Positions 13,587 through 28,590 of a DNA stretch of 64,000 nt are shown here, piece by piece. How positions within the stretch are numbered: the first letter of the stretch is position 1; every line of letters starts with the position of its first letter. The notes beneath the pieces are model-generated. The model worked only from the letters and a program-made list of their open reading frames with translations. It was not told the DNA's origin and made no database searches. A program made the position numbers and the translations under genes. Source of the DNA: the human T2T-CHM13v2.0 reference genome, Homo sapiens; assembly GCF_009914755.1 (NCBI RefSeq), contig NC_060933.1, one strand, 5' to 3'.

Positions 13587-13797
13587 TGGCCTTCTGATGA
13601 TTCTTAAAGAGTTTTCAATTTTTTCTTATGTGAAGAGTTGACACTGAAATCTAAAATGTTTAATTGTTGTAAATATTACAGTTTTTTTTTTTTTACTACA
13701 TATTCTTTACAACAGCAACCAAAGAAAACATACCTCAATACACTCAAAACTGAAGACATAGAGGACTCAGATCAAAGACAAAATCTGATCCATATAT

Positions 13798-13805
13798 TGG
13801 TGCTA
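13798..13805 (+). promoter_or_regulatory. miR-29-3p 8mer target site (TGGTGCTA)
   Basis: Exact complement of the miR-29 seed AGCACCA plus A1; miR-29 repression of collagen mRNAs is established. Confidence 0.8.
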
Positions 13806-14456
13806 GATTCTGCAGGAAACCCCAGCAGTGTGAACGCATCCCAACATAGGTTAAGAGCAAGTTGAAAACAAAGGCCATGGCATTCTGCCACTGCATCCTT
13901 CAGACAGTTATATCCTCCTTTTAAACCATTGTTGTTGAGTGTAAGATGTCCTTCATGTTTTCTTATAAAGTCAGTGTTTAGAAATGTTACCCTTTCTAAG
14001 TTATATACAGATCAAATGCTTTTTTCTTTCACGTACATCCATCATTTGCAACTGCTGTTCGTACACAGAAACAGGACTGCTCAAATGATCCTATTTGTAT
14101 TTTCTGATGCTATCAGACTCTAATGTTTTTTTCCCTAAAATATTATTGCCATCATGCTTTAGGAATTTTATATTTTTACACAATCATATTTTAGTATGGT
14201 GTCTGTTTATGTAACTCTGACTTGCTGGAAAAGTTGAAACTCCAAATAATCTGAAACTAGAAAAGAAATAGCACATAATTACTACCTTCCCCTTGGCGGC
14301 TCTCCTCCCCAACCCCCACCCCACAATTTTATGACTTCCATTTGGCAATTGTTGAATTATAACTGCGACTGAAACAAACAGGTTCATAGAGATGAATTTT
14401 CTGAGAAACATATATCTACATGTTGTATAATTGGATTTTTTTTCCATGTAAGTGAA

Positions 14457-14462
14457 CATAAA
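14457..14462 (+). terminator. COL15A1: Putative variant polyadenylation signal CATAAA
   Basis: No AATAAA/ATTAAA seen in 13587-14500; TGTA motifs at 14424 and 14447 upstream; U-rich tract downstream. Confidence 0.55.
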
Positions 14463-16749
14463 AACATCTTTTCCGGGTGCTTTCTTCATTTGACTTTTTC
14501 CCGCTAGTTCCTTTATTCTCCATCACTGATGTGGAAGCAGACCTGGGGTGGGTTTGCTAATCCTGCCACTTGTGCTGCCCCCAGGCGATGATCAGAGAAC
14601 TGAAACGTTTTCCCATCATGCTCATCTGCCCTGGCTGTTGTCTTCCACCTAGTGGGGCCAGTGTAGGTTGTGTAGAGCCTCAGAGTGGGAAACAGGATGA
14701 GCTGTGATTCTGCCACCGTCTCAGGGCATGACTTTGGGCAAGTCGGCCTCTGTCTCTCAAGGAGATTGGGATAAGACAAGCATAGTATTGGCTACCAGTC
14801 ATTAAATATCAGACTTCTGATATATCCCATTTCATTTTCATAATAACCCTGCAAAGTAGTTTTTTAATCTCTACTTTACAATGCAAAAAAAAAAAAAAAG
14901 TCAAAGCTCAGGGAGTTACTTGTTCCAGATCATACACTGGTGAATGGCAGGGCTGGTTTCAGACTCAGGGTCTGCCTCACGTCGGGGCCTATGATCTTCC
15001 CAAGGAACCCCTATGCAAGCCTGCCTCTCTGCTCCCTCCCAGCTGCAAGCATGTGATTCTCTGGCTCTTGGTCTGACCCTCTAGGAGAAACATAATCACC
15101 AGGCAAGAAGTATGCTGGGATATTTCCTCCCATTCAGCTGGGCTGGCCCAGAAGCTCAGCAAAGTGAATCCGCCCTCAGAATCCTTGAAGTAGGAAGGAA
15201 ATCAAAGAGGAAAAACAAAGAAAAAAAGGCAGCCCAGAATCTCCATGTAGGGGCTGCATAAATACATGAGTGGTGAGAATCTTCCTAATGAGTCACAGAA
15301 TGAAGACTGTTTGAGGCTGGAAAGCCCGAGAGGTGGTTTTTGAGGACCAGCCCATCCGTTGAGTGATGAGGGCTGGGGGTGCTTGGTATGGACAGGAACT
15401 GCAAGGGGAAGGCGGGCAGGAGGCTACCAAGGCCACGAAGCGCAGACACCGTCCATTTCTGTCACAGCCCACCTGGCCCAGAGTTACAGAAGAGGCAATG
15501 TGAGTTGGGGTTTTGGGGAGGAGCCCAAAGTCAGGGAGACCTCATTTGCTAACCCTGGAAAGAGTATTGAGGCTTATGGCATTGCCATTCAGGCCTCTCC
15601 ATGCACCAGAGGAGGTATAACCGGCTGACCCAGAAGGAGGCCCTGAGTCAGCCCCAGCCCCATTTAGACTTGGAGAATGAGTGTCAAAATCCTGGACCTG
15701 ACATTCACTAAACACCAGCCCTTGCCCAAGCTTTCCCGTCACATGTTGAAAACCGTCACCCTGGTATCCTCAAGGTCACTCAGACAAGCCACAGAGGCTC
15801 CTCTGCAGGCTGTGTCATCGGAGCCCCACCCCATCTCAGGAAAGCCTTAAACACTCCGGGCCTAGCCTGGCCCTTCTGCCAACGGCCAGCACATCTGTGA
15901 TATCCCCCAGCTCCCAAACCTGCCTGCCTTTCCTCATACTTCCTCCTCTGAACACCTGACATGTGTAGCATCCGAGTCTTGTTACACAGTTGAAACACAA
16001 TGGCGGAAGGGCCTCTAAGCCTTCACTCTATCCCATGCCTGGATGTCTCAAATGTGCCTGAATGCTGAGCCAATTAACAGTCTCAGGCATGATAAGGGAG
16101 GGAAGAATTGTCACGAGTAATTCATCTTTATCGTGCTAGAGGTCTTTTGGAGACTTGCTGTGAGTCCATACTGCACACCCTCAGGGTCTGAAGCCTGCAG
16201 CAGCCAAAGCCCCTACCCAGCAACAGAACCAGAGGGATAGAAACAGCTGCCAGCCCATGTCAGGGGCCAGGCTCCATAAGGTGGCAGACTCTGGAGGGTG
16301 CACAGGAGCAGAGGGTCTGAGCAGGTATGTGGGGAGAGCATGAAGGAGGTGGTCCAGGAGAATCCCCCTGGCAACCTGGACGTGGCCACATAGAGTAGAC
16401 CGAAGAAAAACCCAGGGAACAAGGAGAATGGGCTGCAGGAGCCATCCTTGCATTTCCCGTCTCCTCCTGGACTTCATGTGGCTAGCATGGTGTCTCTTGA
16501 ACCTGTAAAGGGTGTAAGTCAGAGACAGCGTGGAATTCTGGGAACCATCAGCAATCCAGTACAGCTGAATAGCAGTCAAGACACTTTCTATTAGTCCATA
16601 AAGGGAACACAACTCAAATTCACAAGTTTTTTTGTTTGTTTGTTTTTTTTAAAGAAATGTATTGGCTCATGAAACCAGGTAGGACGGGGATGCAGAGACT
16701 CAAGCAACGTGGCATGACAATGTGGTCACTCACTCTGTTCTCTCTCTCG

Positions 16750-16759
16750 GTGTGTGTAT

Positions 16760-16799
<40 letters not shown>
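16750..16799. repeat. (TG)n microsatellite
   Basis: ~25 TG units with two interruptions. Confidence 0.95.
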
Positions 16800-16803
<4 letters not shown>

Positions 16804-17280
16804 CTATGTCTATCTGTCTTGCTTCTCTTTTTCTGTGAATATGGCTCCTTCCATCCAAGTGAGGACAAGATTCATGCGGCAGAGATGTCTGCAAACAGCT
16901 CTAGGCTTATGTTATTCCACCACCCCAGAGAGTGGCTCCAGAGGAAAGAGAAGACTTCCTCTCCCACTGGGATGATACGAATTCCTGGAAAGGACTCTGA
17001 TTGGTTCCAACTGTATCACAGGCCCATGACTGTGTTTGGCAGCCCCCACCCCAGAAATGAGTTGGGCAGAAGGAATAATTCCTCCATCCAAAATGCATGG
17101 GGATTTGCAATGACCTGAAAATGAGGGATAGAAGGTTGACAGGGCCAACAAAATAGATTCTACCACACACAGCAGCAGGGAAGATCAAGTGTGGGGGACG
17201 TTGCAGTGAAATAATAGACAGAGGTGAGATCATGCTGGCCTTGAAATCCAGGATGAGGCATTTAGACTTTATCCTGCAAC

Positions 17281-18224
<944 letters not shown>

Positions 18225-18679
18225 CAACTGGTAGGGCACCTTGGGAATATTTAAATGAGGTAAGAGATGGTATTGGATCCATGTTTGAGAAAGATCAAGC
18301 AGGTTTTTTGTTTATTTGTGCACTCATTCAGAAATATTTCTTGAATAATAATTTGTACCCAGGATCATGTTTGGACTTGGGAGTACAAAGATAAATGATG
18401 CCCCCACTTTTCAAATCTACTAAGTCCATTCTAATGCCACAGACTGTTTCAAATCTCCTGTATATTTCCTGCCACCTGCTCTCCACCTCCTCAGAAACCC
18501 TACCAGTGGGGGACAAGCACATGCATGCAGTCCTTGTCTATCCTAACAGCTGGAGAAGTACTTTTCTGGTTACCCCTTGAGCTCCTGGTCCATCAAAACA
18601 CCACTGAGCCTCCTCAAACCTCTTTGATAGCCACTAACTGATTTTCTCCTTTTGCTTTCCATCTTGTACTCCAATTTAT

Positions 18680-18950
18680 AGGGCCGGTAAATAGAGAGAT
18701 GCCTTGGTCTGTGTCTGAATTTTGGTCCTGCCACCTACTAACCATGTAATCATAGCCAAGCTACTGAAAAACTCCAAGTTACTGAAAATAGTCCTCCACA
18801 CTCAGTCCTTCCCTGCAGCTCAGTTTCTTCATCTGTAAAAGGGGGACATTCATGGAAACTACTCTCCTTTCAGTTAATTTACAGGAAGCACTGGGAACAG
18901 CATTCTGGCCCCGTGTAAGCGTCCAATCAGTGTTTGCTATCTTTGGCCTG
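18680..18950 (+). mobile_element. MIR SINE
   Basis: ctcagtttcttcatctgtaaaaggggg core. Confidence 0.65.
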
Positions 18951-19582
18951 TTCCAGTTGTCTCTCAGTAGGAGCTGGGGGAAGGTCTCTCCTTCAACCAT
19001 CCTAGCTGGTGTCTTCCAATCTGCCTGGCTTCTCTGCCTGTCTTCAGGCACAGGGCTGGGACTCAATGTATACATAGCAGTACAGCTCTGCCTGCTGTTG
19101 GTAAATATCCGTTGTCCCACGACCCCGAATGTCTGGACTATCCTGGCCCTCTGCTCCTGCCCTTCATAATCCAACAAGTAAAATGTTATCATCTGGCTCA
19201 TTAGCGGCTGCTGACAAGAGGGCTGAATTCCTTCTGATAGACAGGCACACATGCCACAGCGACTGTTTAGTCATCTCATCATCCCCCTGCATGAGCCTGC
19301 TGGGGGCCCTGAGTTCCAAGAAGGACCCAGAGCACCCTGTTATCTGATATGTTTGTGGGAGGAAATTGCCTCCCTCTCCTCTCCTTCCAAACTTGTGCCT
19401 TTTCCTCTGGTCCTTCTCTTAGTGAGTGGCTCCACCATCCAGCCAGGAGCCTAGGAATCTTTTATTTATTCAACGATATTGACTAAGTGTCTCCTTAGTA
19501 ATAAAAATAACAACAATAAACCATAAAATAAGTGCTAGGAAGCTCTGCAGAGTTGGGATATTTTTATGATGACTACTTTGAT

Positions 19583-19910
19583 TTTTTTTTTTTTTTTTTT
19601 TTGAGACAGGATCTCACTCTTTAACCCAGGGTAGAATACAGTGGTGTGATCATGGCTCATTGCAGCCTTAATTCCTGGGCTCAAGTGATTCTCCCACCTC
19701 AGCCTCCTGAGTAGCTAGGACTACAGGTGTGTGCCACCAGGCCTGGCTAATTTTTAGTACATATACATATATATATATATGCATATGTACTAATATATGT
19801 ATGTTTAGTACATATATATGTTTGTAGAGACAAGGTCTTGCAATGTTGCTCAGGCTGGTCTTGAACTCCTGGCCTCACAAAATTCTCCTGCCTCGGCCTT
19901 TCAAAGCGTT
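19583..19910 (-). mobile_element. Alu (AluJ-like) with AT-rich expansion in the linker
   Basis: Poly-T plus antisense Alu arms; 5' end incomplete. Confidence 0.88.
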
Positions 19911-20059
19911 GCACGTGGTGGTCTTCCCTTGAGGCAATGTGGTGCTGGCTCTTTTCTTATCTTCCCTAGGACTGTTGCTCACATCTCCTGGCCTCTACAG
20001 TTCCATCTCCTCCAGTTCATTCTCCACACCAGGGGAGAGAGCTTTCTAGAAAGCCTGTC

Positions 20060-20500
20060 ATACTTAGTGTTTTGATTTGAGTTTCCCTTTAGAGGAGGAT
20101 TCATTAATTTCTCTGCAAGGCGATCCCAAGAAACAAGGTAAGAGAGCAGAGAAATGAGACAGGGATGGGAAGGAAGATTTTAAAGGGTGCATCTAGTTCT
20201 CACTGTGAGTGACTAGATCACACTGTCCTCTTAAGGGTTCTGGGAGCCCGTGCAGTCTGGCACCTCAGAGTTTCCAACCAAAGGGACAAGGATGTTATGG
20301 TCTTCATACACCAACCCCTCTCAGTCTTTGAAAAACAGGAGGGCGAGGCACTGGATGAGATTCCAGTACTTCTGGCCTGCTGCACACGACAGAGTGGGCT
20401 CAGCTGCCACAGAATGCTCTCAGGCAGACACGTGGATGCTGGCAGTGGGAACTTGGGGGTTTATGGGCGGGGCACCCCAGAGACTGCAGTATCAGGCCCA
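20060..20500. mobile_element. ERVL LTR (LTR16-like); a related copy lies at ~23030-23520
   Basis: Shared motif tgca(a)ggcgatccc(a/ag)gaa...gag(a)aa...acag; family from recall. Confidence 0.5.
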
Positions 20501-20519
20501 ATCTAGCAGGAAGTCACAC

Positions 20520-22060
20520 AAGGTTTACTTCAAGATAACACTTTGAGCTTACAATACTTTCCTCAAACCTTACTGAAATGATAAAAACAACAGAGAAAAA
20601 ACAAAAAACAAACAAAAAAAGACCTGCAACCCCTTGTTAAAAAAGGAAGAACTATCTCAACCTGGCAGAAACTTTGAGGACTTTCTGGAAGATAGAAACC
20701 TGCTATGATTGGCTATCCTATAACCACAGCAGCAAAGGCAGGGCCTGTCTTCGAGTCCCTCCTGAGGCTGATAGCCACAGGAAAGTGCCAGTAGAGGCTG
20801 AAACAGAAATAAGCTGGGAAAAGGCTGGGGGGAAGCTCATAGAGACTTGTGCAGTTGCTGACAGCACCCAGAAGACCTATCAGTCCTTTCAATGTGGGCT
20901 TTCATATTTATGAACATCAGTACAGAACAACAAACACCAATTAATCATTTGAGGAGATCTAGCAGCCTCCAAAAGGGAATCAACAGTTAATCAGAGCCAA
21001 TGGCTTCTGTTTCGAAAGAATGATTACAGAAAACAGGAGATAACTTTTAAAGATTCAAATTTGTATTTTCATCCAACTCCACTGGAAACAAGGAAAAGAA
21101 AGCAAATTGGTATTCTCAGTAAAATTTCAGAGAGTAAAAGAAGCATGAAATGAAATACTGGGAGAATAAGAAACAGTCCTTGAAAATAAAAGAACGACTG
21201 TATCACCAGAATAAAATAGAACTACAGCATATATGCTACTGAAACCTGATTTAATGAATTGTTAGATCAAAAGAATTAATATAATTGCTCAAAGGACACA
21301 GACAAAAAGATAAATTCATGAAATAAAAGATGAGGGAAGGAGATAGACATAATGTTTCAATATTTATATAACAGGAGTCACAGAATAAAAGAGAATATTA
21401 GATGGAAGAGAAGTACCAGTGAACAAAAGAAGTTTGGTGCGGTGGCTGGAGCCTGTAGTCCCAGCTACTTGGGAGGCTGAGGCAGGAGGATCTCTTAAGC
21501 CTGGAAGTTCAAGACCAGCGGAGCAACATAATGAGACACTATCCCCATCAAAATATAAATATAAATAAATAAATAAATAAATGAAAGAAAATTTCCTGAG
21601 CTAAAGAAGGAGCATAATCTGTAGATTGAAATGATTCACTGAGTCCTGGGCAGAATTGTTGCAAAATATCCACCTGTGTACATTTCTGGTAAAGTTTATG
21701 CATTTCAGTAACGATGTAAAATCCTACACACTTCTATATAGAGAGCAATTCAGATTGGCATTGGAGTTCTTATTTGCAATATTGAAAATTAGAAGACAAT
21801 GGGGTAAAGTATAAATAATCCCGTGGATTAAGAATTATATTAAAATTTCACAGCCAACCAAACTTTCATGTATGGGAACAAAGAGAGACATTTTCAGAAG
21901 TGTCAAAACTCAAAATTATAGCATCCAGGTGCCTTTTCTGAAAAACAGACTTTGTGGAAGGATTATAACCAAATGGAAATTAACCAGGAATTAGTATTTC
22001 ACAAAGCAGAGGATGTGATGATAGAAATCTAATGAGAAACAAAGTCAAGATCACTTACGG
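20520..22060 (+). mobile_element. Old LINE-1 (L1M, ORF1 region) with an Alu monomer at ~21435-21580
   Basis: A-rich degenerate L1 ORF1-like sequence (gaaaatttcctgagctaaag...atcagattggcattggagttct-like). Confidence 0.55.
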
Positions 22061-24043
22061 TTATATCCAAATCAATTTTCCCAACGTGTAGTATTTTTAC
22101 CACATATGGATTGAGATGGTTTTTACTGTAACAGTTATATATTTATTTCAATAGTTGTTAGGAAAATATAGGTAGATACTAAATCCATAATTTCATATTT
22201 ATTTGTATTTAATATAAAGTAAGTATTTAAGTTTTAAAAAGTGGGCTGGTTGAAAGGAAAGTATTAGGTAAGTAATAGTACAAATGATACATTGTAGTGT
22301 AGGTGATAGACAACTGACTGAATTTTCGGAAATGTTGAGCCGAATAATTGTCAATAACGTGGTTGTAAAATACATTCCAGACTTTACCCAACTGTGATGA
22401 TAAAACAGGTTTGTGTTTCTTCTAAAACTTAAATTACAGGGCTGATGCCCTAGGTACAAAATTAGCACAAAGTCATCTTCTTCTCTCTCAAATATTCTTC
22501 AAAAATTATTCCTTCAAATATTCTAGGCTTGCTTCTATTTGCCCAGGAATTAGTTCAGCTCATTGTTTATCTGTGGGTACCTCCTGGGAGAAGGGAATTC
22601 CAGGATGTCCCCTGTGGCTAGATTCACTTCCCTGGTGTCAACACTCCATTGGCAGTAACTGCCCAGCTGGTGTTTTGGGGCACTCCGCTGAAGTCATGGT
22701 GATCTTGAAGAGATGTTCTGGTGGTCCTGTCCCCCAAACCATGTCAGCTGCCACTGATACAGTTCTCTGCCAATCGATTCCACAGTGCTTTCTTGTAGTT
22801 CAAGAATGTTTGCCTCTTCTCACAGCGCTGCGCTTGTTTAAGATGCCCACAGTAAAACTGCCTGGTCTCAGTGTTACAGCTCTTAAATAGCACAGCATTT
22901 TCTGTTCATCTATGCACTGTAGTTTTCTTCAAGACATCTCCCCAAGCAGGAGAGAAGCCGGCTTAGAAGTTCTACAATTAATTCTATTCTGTGTTCACCT
23001 CAAACATTTCCCGGACTGTGGTGATGAGTGTTTTGGTGTCCCGCAAAGCAGAGCCCGAGACAAGGACTTAGTGCAGGCGATCCCAGGAAGTAGGAGCAAG
23101 GAGATAGGGAGAGTAAAACAGAGAAAGAGGAAAAGTCCATCAACAGACACACTGTGAGGTCACTATTGTCAGCAACAAGAGCTCAGTTCCACCAGGACCT
23201 CTGAGAAGTATGCAGAATATTTCCCACAAGTGTCTACCCAGTGGAGAGGAGGATGGAGCATTTGTTCATTGGCCAACATTGTGCATTGGTTGAGGGTTGC
23301 CCATAGGGTATGAGTTCCTCGGCACTTCTGAGCTGGGCCAGCCTGGAAAGCTTCCTGGCATTAGGAGAAGGCCCTAGCACAGAATGAAGAAAGACAAGAG
23401 GTATGAGTATTGAGGTAGAGCACCAGCAGCAGAAGGTGAGTCAGACAGTCTATCACAGGTATGAATGAAATCAGAGATGGGCTAAATGAGTGTGACACAG
23501 ACACAAGAGGCAACAACTACAATCCCACTTAGCAGTCCAGCCTTCCCACTCCTCATCATCAGTTTCAATCATAGCCCCATCTTCCACATAGTTCTATATT
23601 GCTTTTTGGCTCCCGTTAGAGCAACGACAGTAGATATGACATGTTTTAACATATTTGATCCTCTGTCAGCAAGAGAAAAAGCAAAAATGAATTAACCAAA
23701 GTGTATAAAACACAGTAAACCTGATAAACTTTAAAAAGAGATAAATTTGGTTATTTGAAAACAAAAAATAAGGAAACCTCTGGCAAGTCTGAGAAGCAGA
23801 CTTCTGGCAAAAGAGAGAAAAACACACATATAGGAAACTGTAATGAAAAAGCTAGAAACCACTGACACAGAAGATATTTTAAAAATTAAAGGAGACTTAT
23901 ACAGTTTACTAATATGAATTTTAAAATATAGATATAATAGATAATGTGCTATGAAAATGTAATGACAAAAACCAATGCAAAAAAAAATAAAGAAAATGTC
24001 TGAATTGCTTACTAAACACAAATGAAATTTAAAAGACTATGGA

Positions 24044-24483
<440 letters not shown>

Positions 24484-25132
24484 TCATTGCATTCCACCCT
24501 TTGAGTAAAACAGACAATGCCACGTAGACTCTTCCACGTATAGAATTCCAAGAAGGCAAACATAATACAATGCAGTCACCTCGCCCTTAAGGGTTGACAA
24601 CCAAAGCAACATCCAACTATCACATCCAGTTGCAAGTCAAGGGTCGCTGGGTGAGATACGTTCCATTCAATCAGACCCTGATGCTGGTCAGTTAGTAATT
24701 ATGTATTGAGGACATAAGAGTACAGAAAAGGACGTGTAACTGTCCTCAAATATCTTATACTCCAACGGGAGGAGATAGATAGTAAACATGCAAACAAATA
24801 AATAGATAAGATGAATTCAGGTACTGAAAACTGCCAAAAGAAGGTAAAGGTAATGGAGCGGAATGTGATTGGGAGAGGGATGTGCTGCCTTTGCTCACGT
24901 GAAGAGGCCCTTCTGAAGAGATGACAGTTGGGTTGAGATGTTTGTCATTGGTTTATTAAGATGTCTTGATTGAGGTATAAATATGAAATCATTTGATTTC
25001 TTGCCATTGCTATCCCAACTATGCTATCCCTATAGCATTGTCCCTCAGAACATAGACCTTTATAGACTCTGGTGAAGTATATGAGTTAAGGTCCATCCAA
25101 AAGACAAACAGCACTATCAGTATTTGAAATGG

Positions 25133-25440
25133 GGCTGGGCACAGTAGCTCACACCTGTAATCCCAGCATGTTGGGGGCTGAAGAGGGGGATCGCTTGAAG
25201 CCAGGAGTTCAAGACCAGTCTGGGCAACATTGTGAGACCCGCATCTCTATAAAAAAATTTTAAAATTTTTGTTTAAATTAACTGGGTGTGGAGGCACATG
25301 CCTGTAGTCCTAGCTGCTCAGGAGGCTCAGACAGGAGGATTGCTTGAGCACAGGAGCTCAAGGCTGCAATAAGCTATGATGGCACCACTGCACTCCAGCC
25401 TGGGTGGCAGAATGAGACCCTGTGTATAAGGGGAAAAAAA
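25133..25440 (+). mobile_element. Alu (AluJ-like)
   Basis: Dimeric Alu; TSD-like agtat(t/c)tgaaa. Confidence 0.88.
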
Positions 25441-27824
25441 AGTATCTGAAACAGACAGAATTTGATGCAGACAACTAGTTACATGGATGATGGAAAAGGT
25501 GAGAAACTGAACAGAGGACAGTAAGACTACCCAGATTTTGTCAGAAGAGGGGCAAATGGAGGAGGATGTGTGACCAGAGCCCAGAAACTATGAAAAAAGG
25601 GTGAAAGCTGGACCGTGCGAGGCCTAGAGTCATACAAGAGGAAAAACCCACGGCCAGAAACTCCACTGGAGATAGAGAGAGTGGACAACGAATACCTTGA
25701 TTATCTTCCTTCCTCTTGTTTTCCAGTCCCTCACCTGTGCCTGCCTTTGGCCACATAACCAAAAGTAACTGACCCGGGGAAGCACAGCCTGCAGGGATGA
25801 GGTCCCAGCCCCAGTACATAGCAGGCGTGGGAAAGGGTGAGGGCAAACAGGTCCAGGGCAGACACAGGAGGATTCCATAACTTTCTGATTATTAAAAGTC
25901 CAGTCTTCTTTAAGGCTTCAATCTCAAACTCCGTTTAAATCTTTTTTCCCTTCTCTTGACCTCACATGGAGCACTCTTGAGCTGGGACATTGACTTCTAG
26001 AAAAGAAAGTGGAAAAAGGGTATGATCTGGGTCTCAGATATCCACTCCCCTTCCTTCTTCAAGTCCTAGCCCTTCCTGTGTATTTGAGGTGGGCCAAAGG
26101 AGAAGAAACTGGAAAAAAGTCTTACTCACCTGGCCACAGCTGCAGTTCTTTCTGGGTTGGCTGGTACTGCTTCTCTGGCTAATGCTGGCCACTGATACCC
26201 TCACTGTGGCAGGCATTCAAATGCTGGTCAGTCCTCTGGAGGATTCATGGGACCAAGCCCAACCACCTTCTTCAAGGTTCCCTGAGCCAGGGCAACTGTA
26301 GGGCTATGTATAGGCAGCTCCCCTTCTGCCCCTATTTTCAACTTGAAATAATTCCAGTTATCTCCTACTTAATCAGATAAATCCAAGGGCAGATTAGAAA
26401 ATAATATCCAACTTGAAGGGAAGAGCATACCCATTGCCCCTTCTTTTAGGGATCTCCTGCTTTATGCCTGGTTCTCTGGAGTCTCCCCAATAGTTAGCTT
26501 AGCAGGGAGGAGTCACTTCTCATCACAAACACTGCACTTTCCACAAGACAGATGCTTCCGACACTAACTCCCCTCCTTACCCCTTTACAGGCATCTCATG
26601 AAGATTGGGAAGGAGGGCTGCAGGAAGCCTGGTAGGGATAGATCTGGTAAGGATAGCCACCTCCCATGATAAGCCCTGGGAGAGGAATCTGGCGCCATGA
26701 CAGGCAGCTGTCTTGAGAAGGTGGCATGCTTAGAGCCTCTTTGTTGTCACATCTGGGCTTTAGCTGGAATTCCCAAACAGGAAAAGCCTCATCAAACATC
26801 CTGCTGCATTTGAACAATGGAAAGGAGGTGAGCTTGCAAAGATCTAGGGGAAGAGGGTCCCGAGAAGGAGGAACAGCAAAAGTAAAAGCCTTGAACGCAA
26901 AGTAGCTTGCTGTGGCTGAGGGGCAGAAGGGCGCTGGTAGAAGCTGGAGCAAGAGTATGCGTGGGAGGAGACAGAAAAATAAGGGAGGATGGGCAGGCAG
27001 CTGCGGATACCTAGGCTTTTGTAGACTAAGGTAAGGGGCTTAGATTTTATGTCTGGTTGCTCTGAGAAGCTACTGGATGTAGCTTATATAATTGGACGGA
27101 TTTTACTTTTTCAAGGCAGCAAATTCTGTAAGTGGATGGATCATTATGACATTTTCCACTGTCAGAAAAAATAAAACCAACATTGACTACTTACACAAAG
27201 AGAGTCTGACGAAGGCATATTCACCTCTTCTGGCTAACATTCATTTTATTGTTGAGATGGATACAACGATCTAGAGCTTTGCTCTCCACAGATCTATTAG
27301 GTTAATAGTGTATGAACTGATCATTGTTTTGGAAAGACCACTGTGACTGTTCTGTGTGTGGAGTAGACTGTGGCGACAATGCTACAGGCAAGTAGACCAG
27401 TTAATAAACTGATGCAGTGATTCAGCTGAGAGATGATCATGTCCTGGGCGCTGGTTGAAACAGTGGATGTGGTGAGAAGTGGGCAGATTTGGGATGAATT
27501 TAGGAGGAGGAGCCTTGCTGAAAGGTCTCAGTTATGAAATAATGATTCCTGGGATTTGGACCTGGCTGGCCGACTGCCTGGAGAACAATGCTCCCTCCTG
27601 GGATGAAAATGACTCCGTAAAGGCAAGATTCATTTATAGTTGTTGTGCTTTTTTTCTTTATGATTACAGCCCCAGGGTCTATAAGAGTGTCTGCCACCTT
27701 GTAGGTACCCCACAAATATGTGCTGAATAAATGCAAAAGCAATTGTTGGATCAGGTAATCATTGAGAAGCCTATACTCATGCTCTTGCCACCTAGGACTA
27801 AATGATGCATGTAACCACGCTATA

Positions 27825-28254
27825 CAGATGGTCCCAACTTAGGATGGTTCAAGTTATGATTTTTGACTTTATGATGGTGTAGACCTGACACATATTAAGT
27901 AGAAAATATATTTCAAATTTTGAATTTTGACCTTTGCTCAGGCTAGTGATGTGCAGTATGATACTCTCTTGTGATGCTGGGCAGCTGTAGTATGCGCAGC
28001 TCTCAGTCAGCCACACAATCACAATGGCAAACCACCATGAAATATTTAATACTTTATTCTAAAATAAGCTTTGTATTAGATGATTTTGCTCAACTGTAGG
28101 CTAATGGAAGCATTCTGAGCACATTTAAGGTAGGCTAGGCTAAGCCATGTTAGGTTATGTTAGGTTAGGTATTAAATGCACTTTTGACATGATATATTCA
28201 ACTTGGCAATGGGTTTATCAGGACATAACCCCAGTGTATGTTGAGGAACACCTA
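27825..28254 (-). mobile_element. Tigger5/MER47-like non-autonomous DNA transposon
   Basis: TA-flanked; termini cagatggtcc...gaggaacaccta; internal ttaaggtaggctaggctaagc and gggtttatcaggacataacccc match the MER47 family. Confidence 0.8.
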
Positions 28255-28291
28255 TATATGTTTGCAAGATTTCCACTTAAAAAGGAGAAAT

Positions 28292-28590
<299 letters not shown>

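Larger units (their letters stand above)
13587..14490 (+). other. COL15A1: COL15A1 3'UTR (3' end approximate)
   Basis: AT-rich, repeat-free sequence after the stop; ends near CATAAA (14457-14462) followed by U-rich sequence. Confidence 0.7.

Noticed and set aside
16636-17118. 160-aa ORF with a VCVCVC run
   Set aside because: Translation of the (TG)n microsatellite within LTR-like sequence.
20060-23520. Similarity between ~20100-20200 and ~23060-23140
   Set aside because: Best explained as two independent copies of the same old ERVL LTR family.
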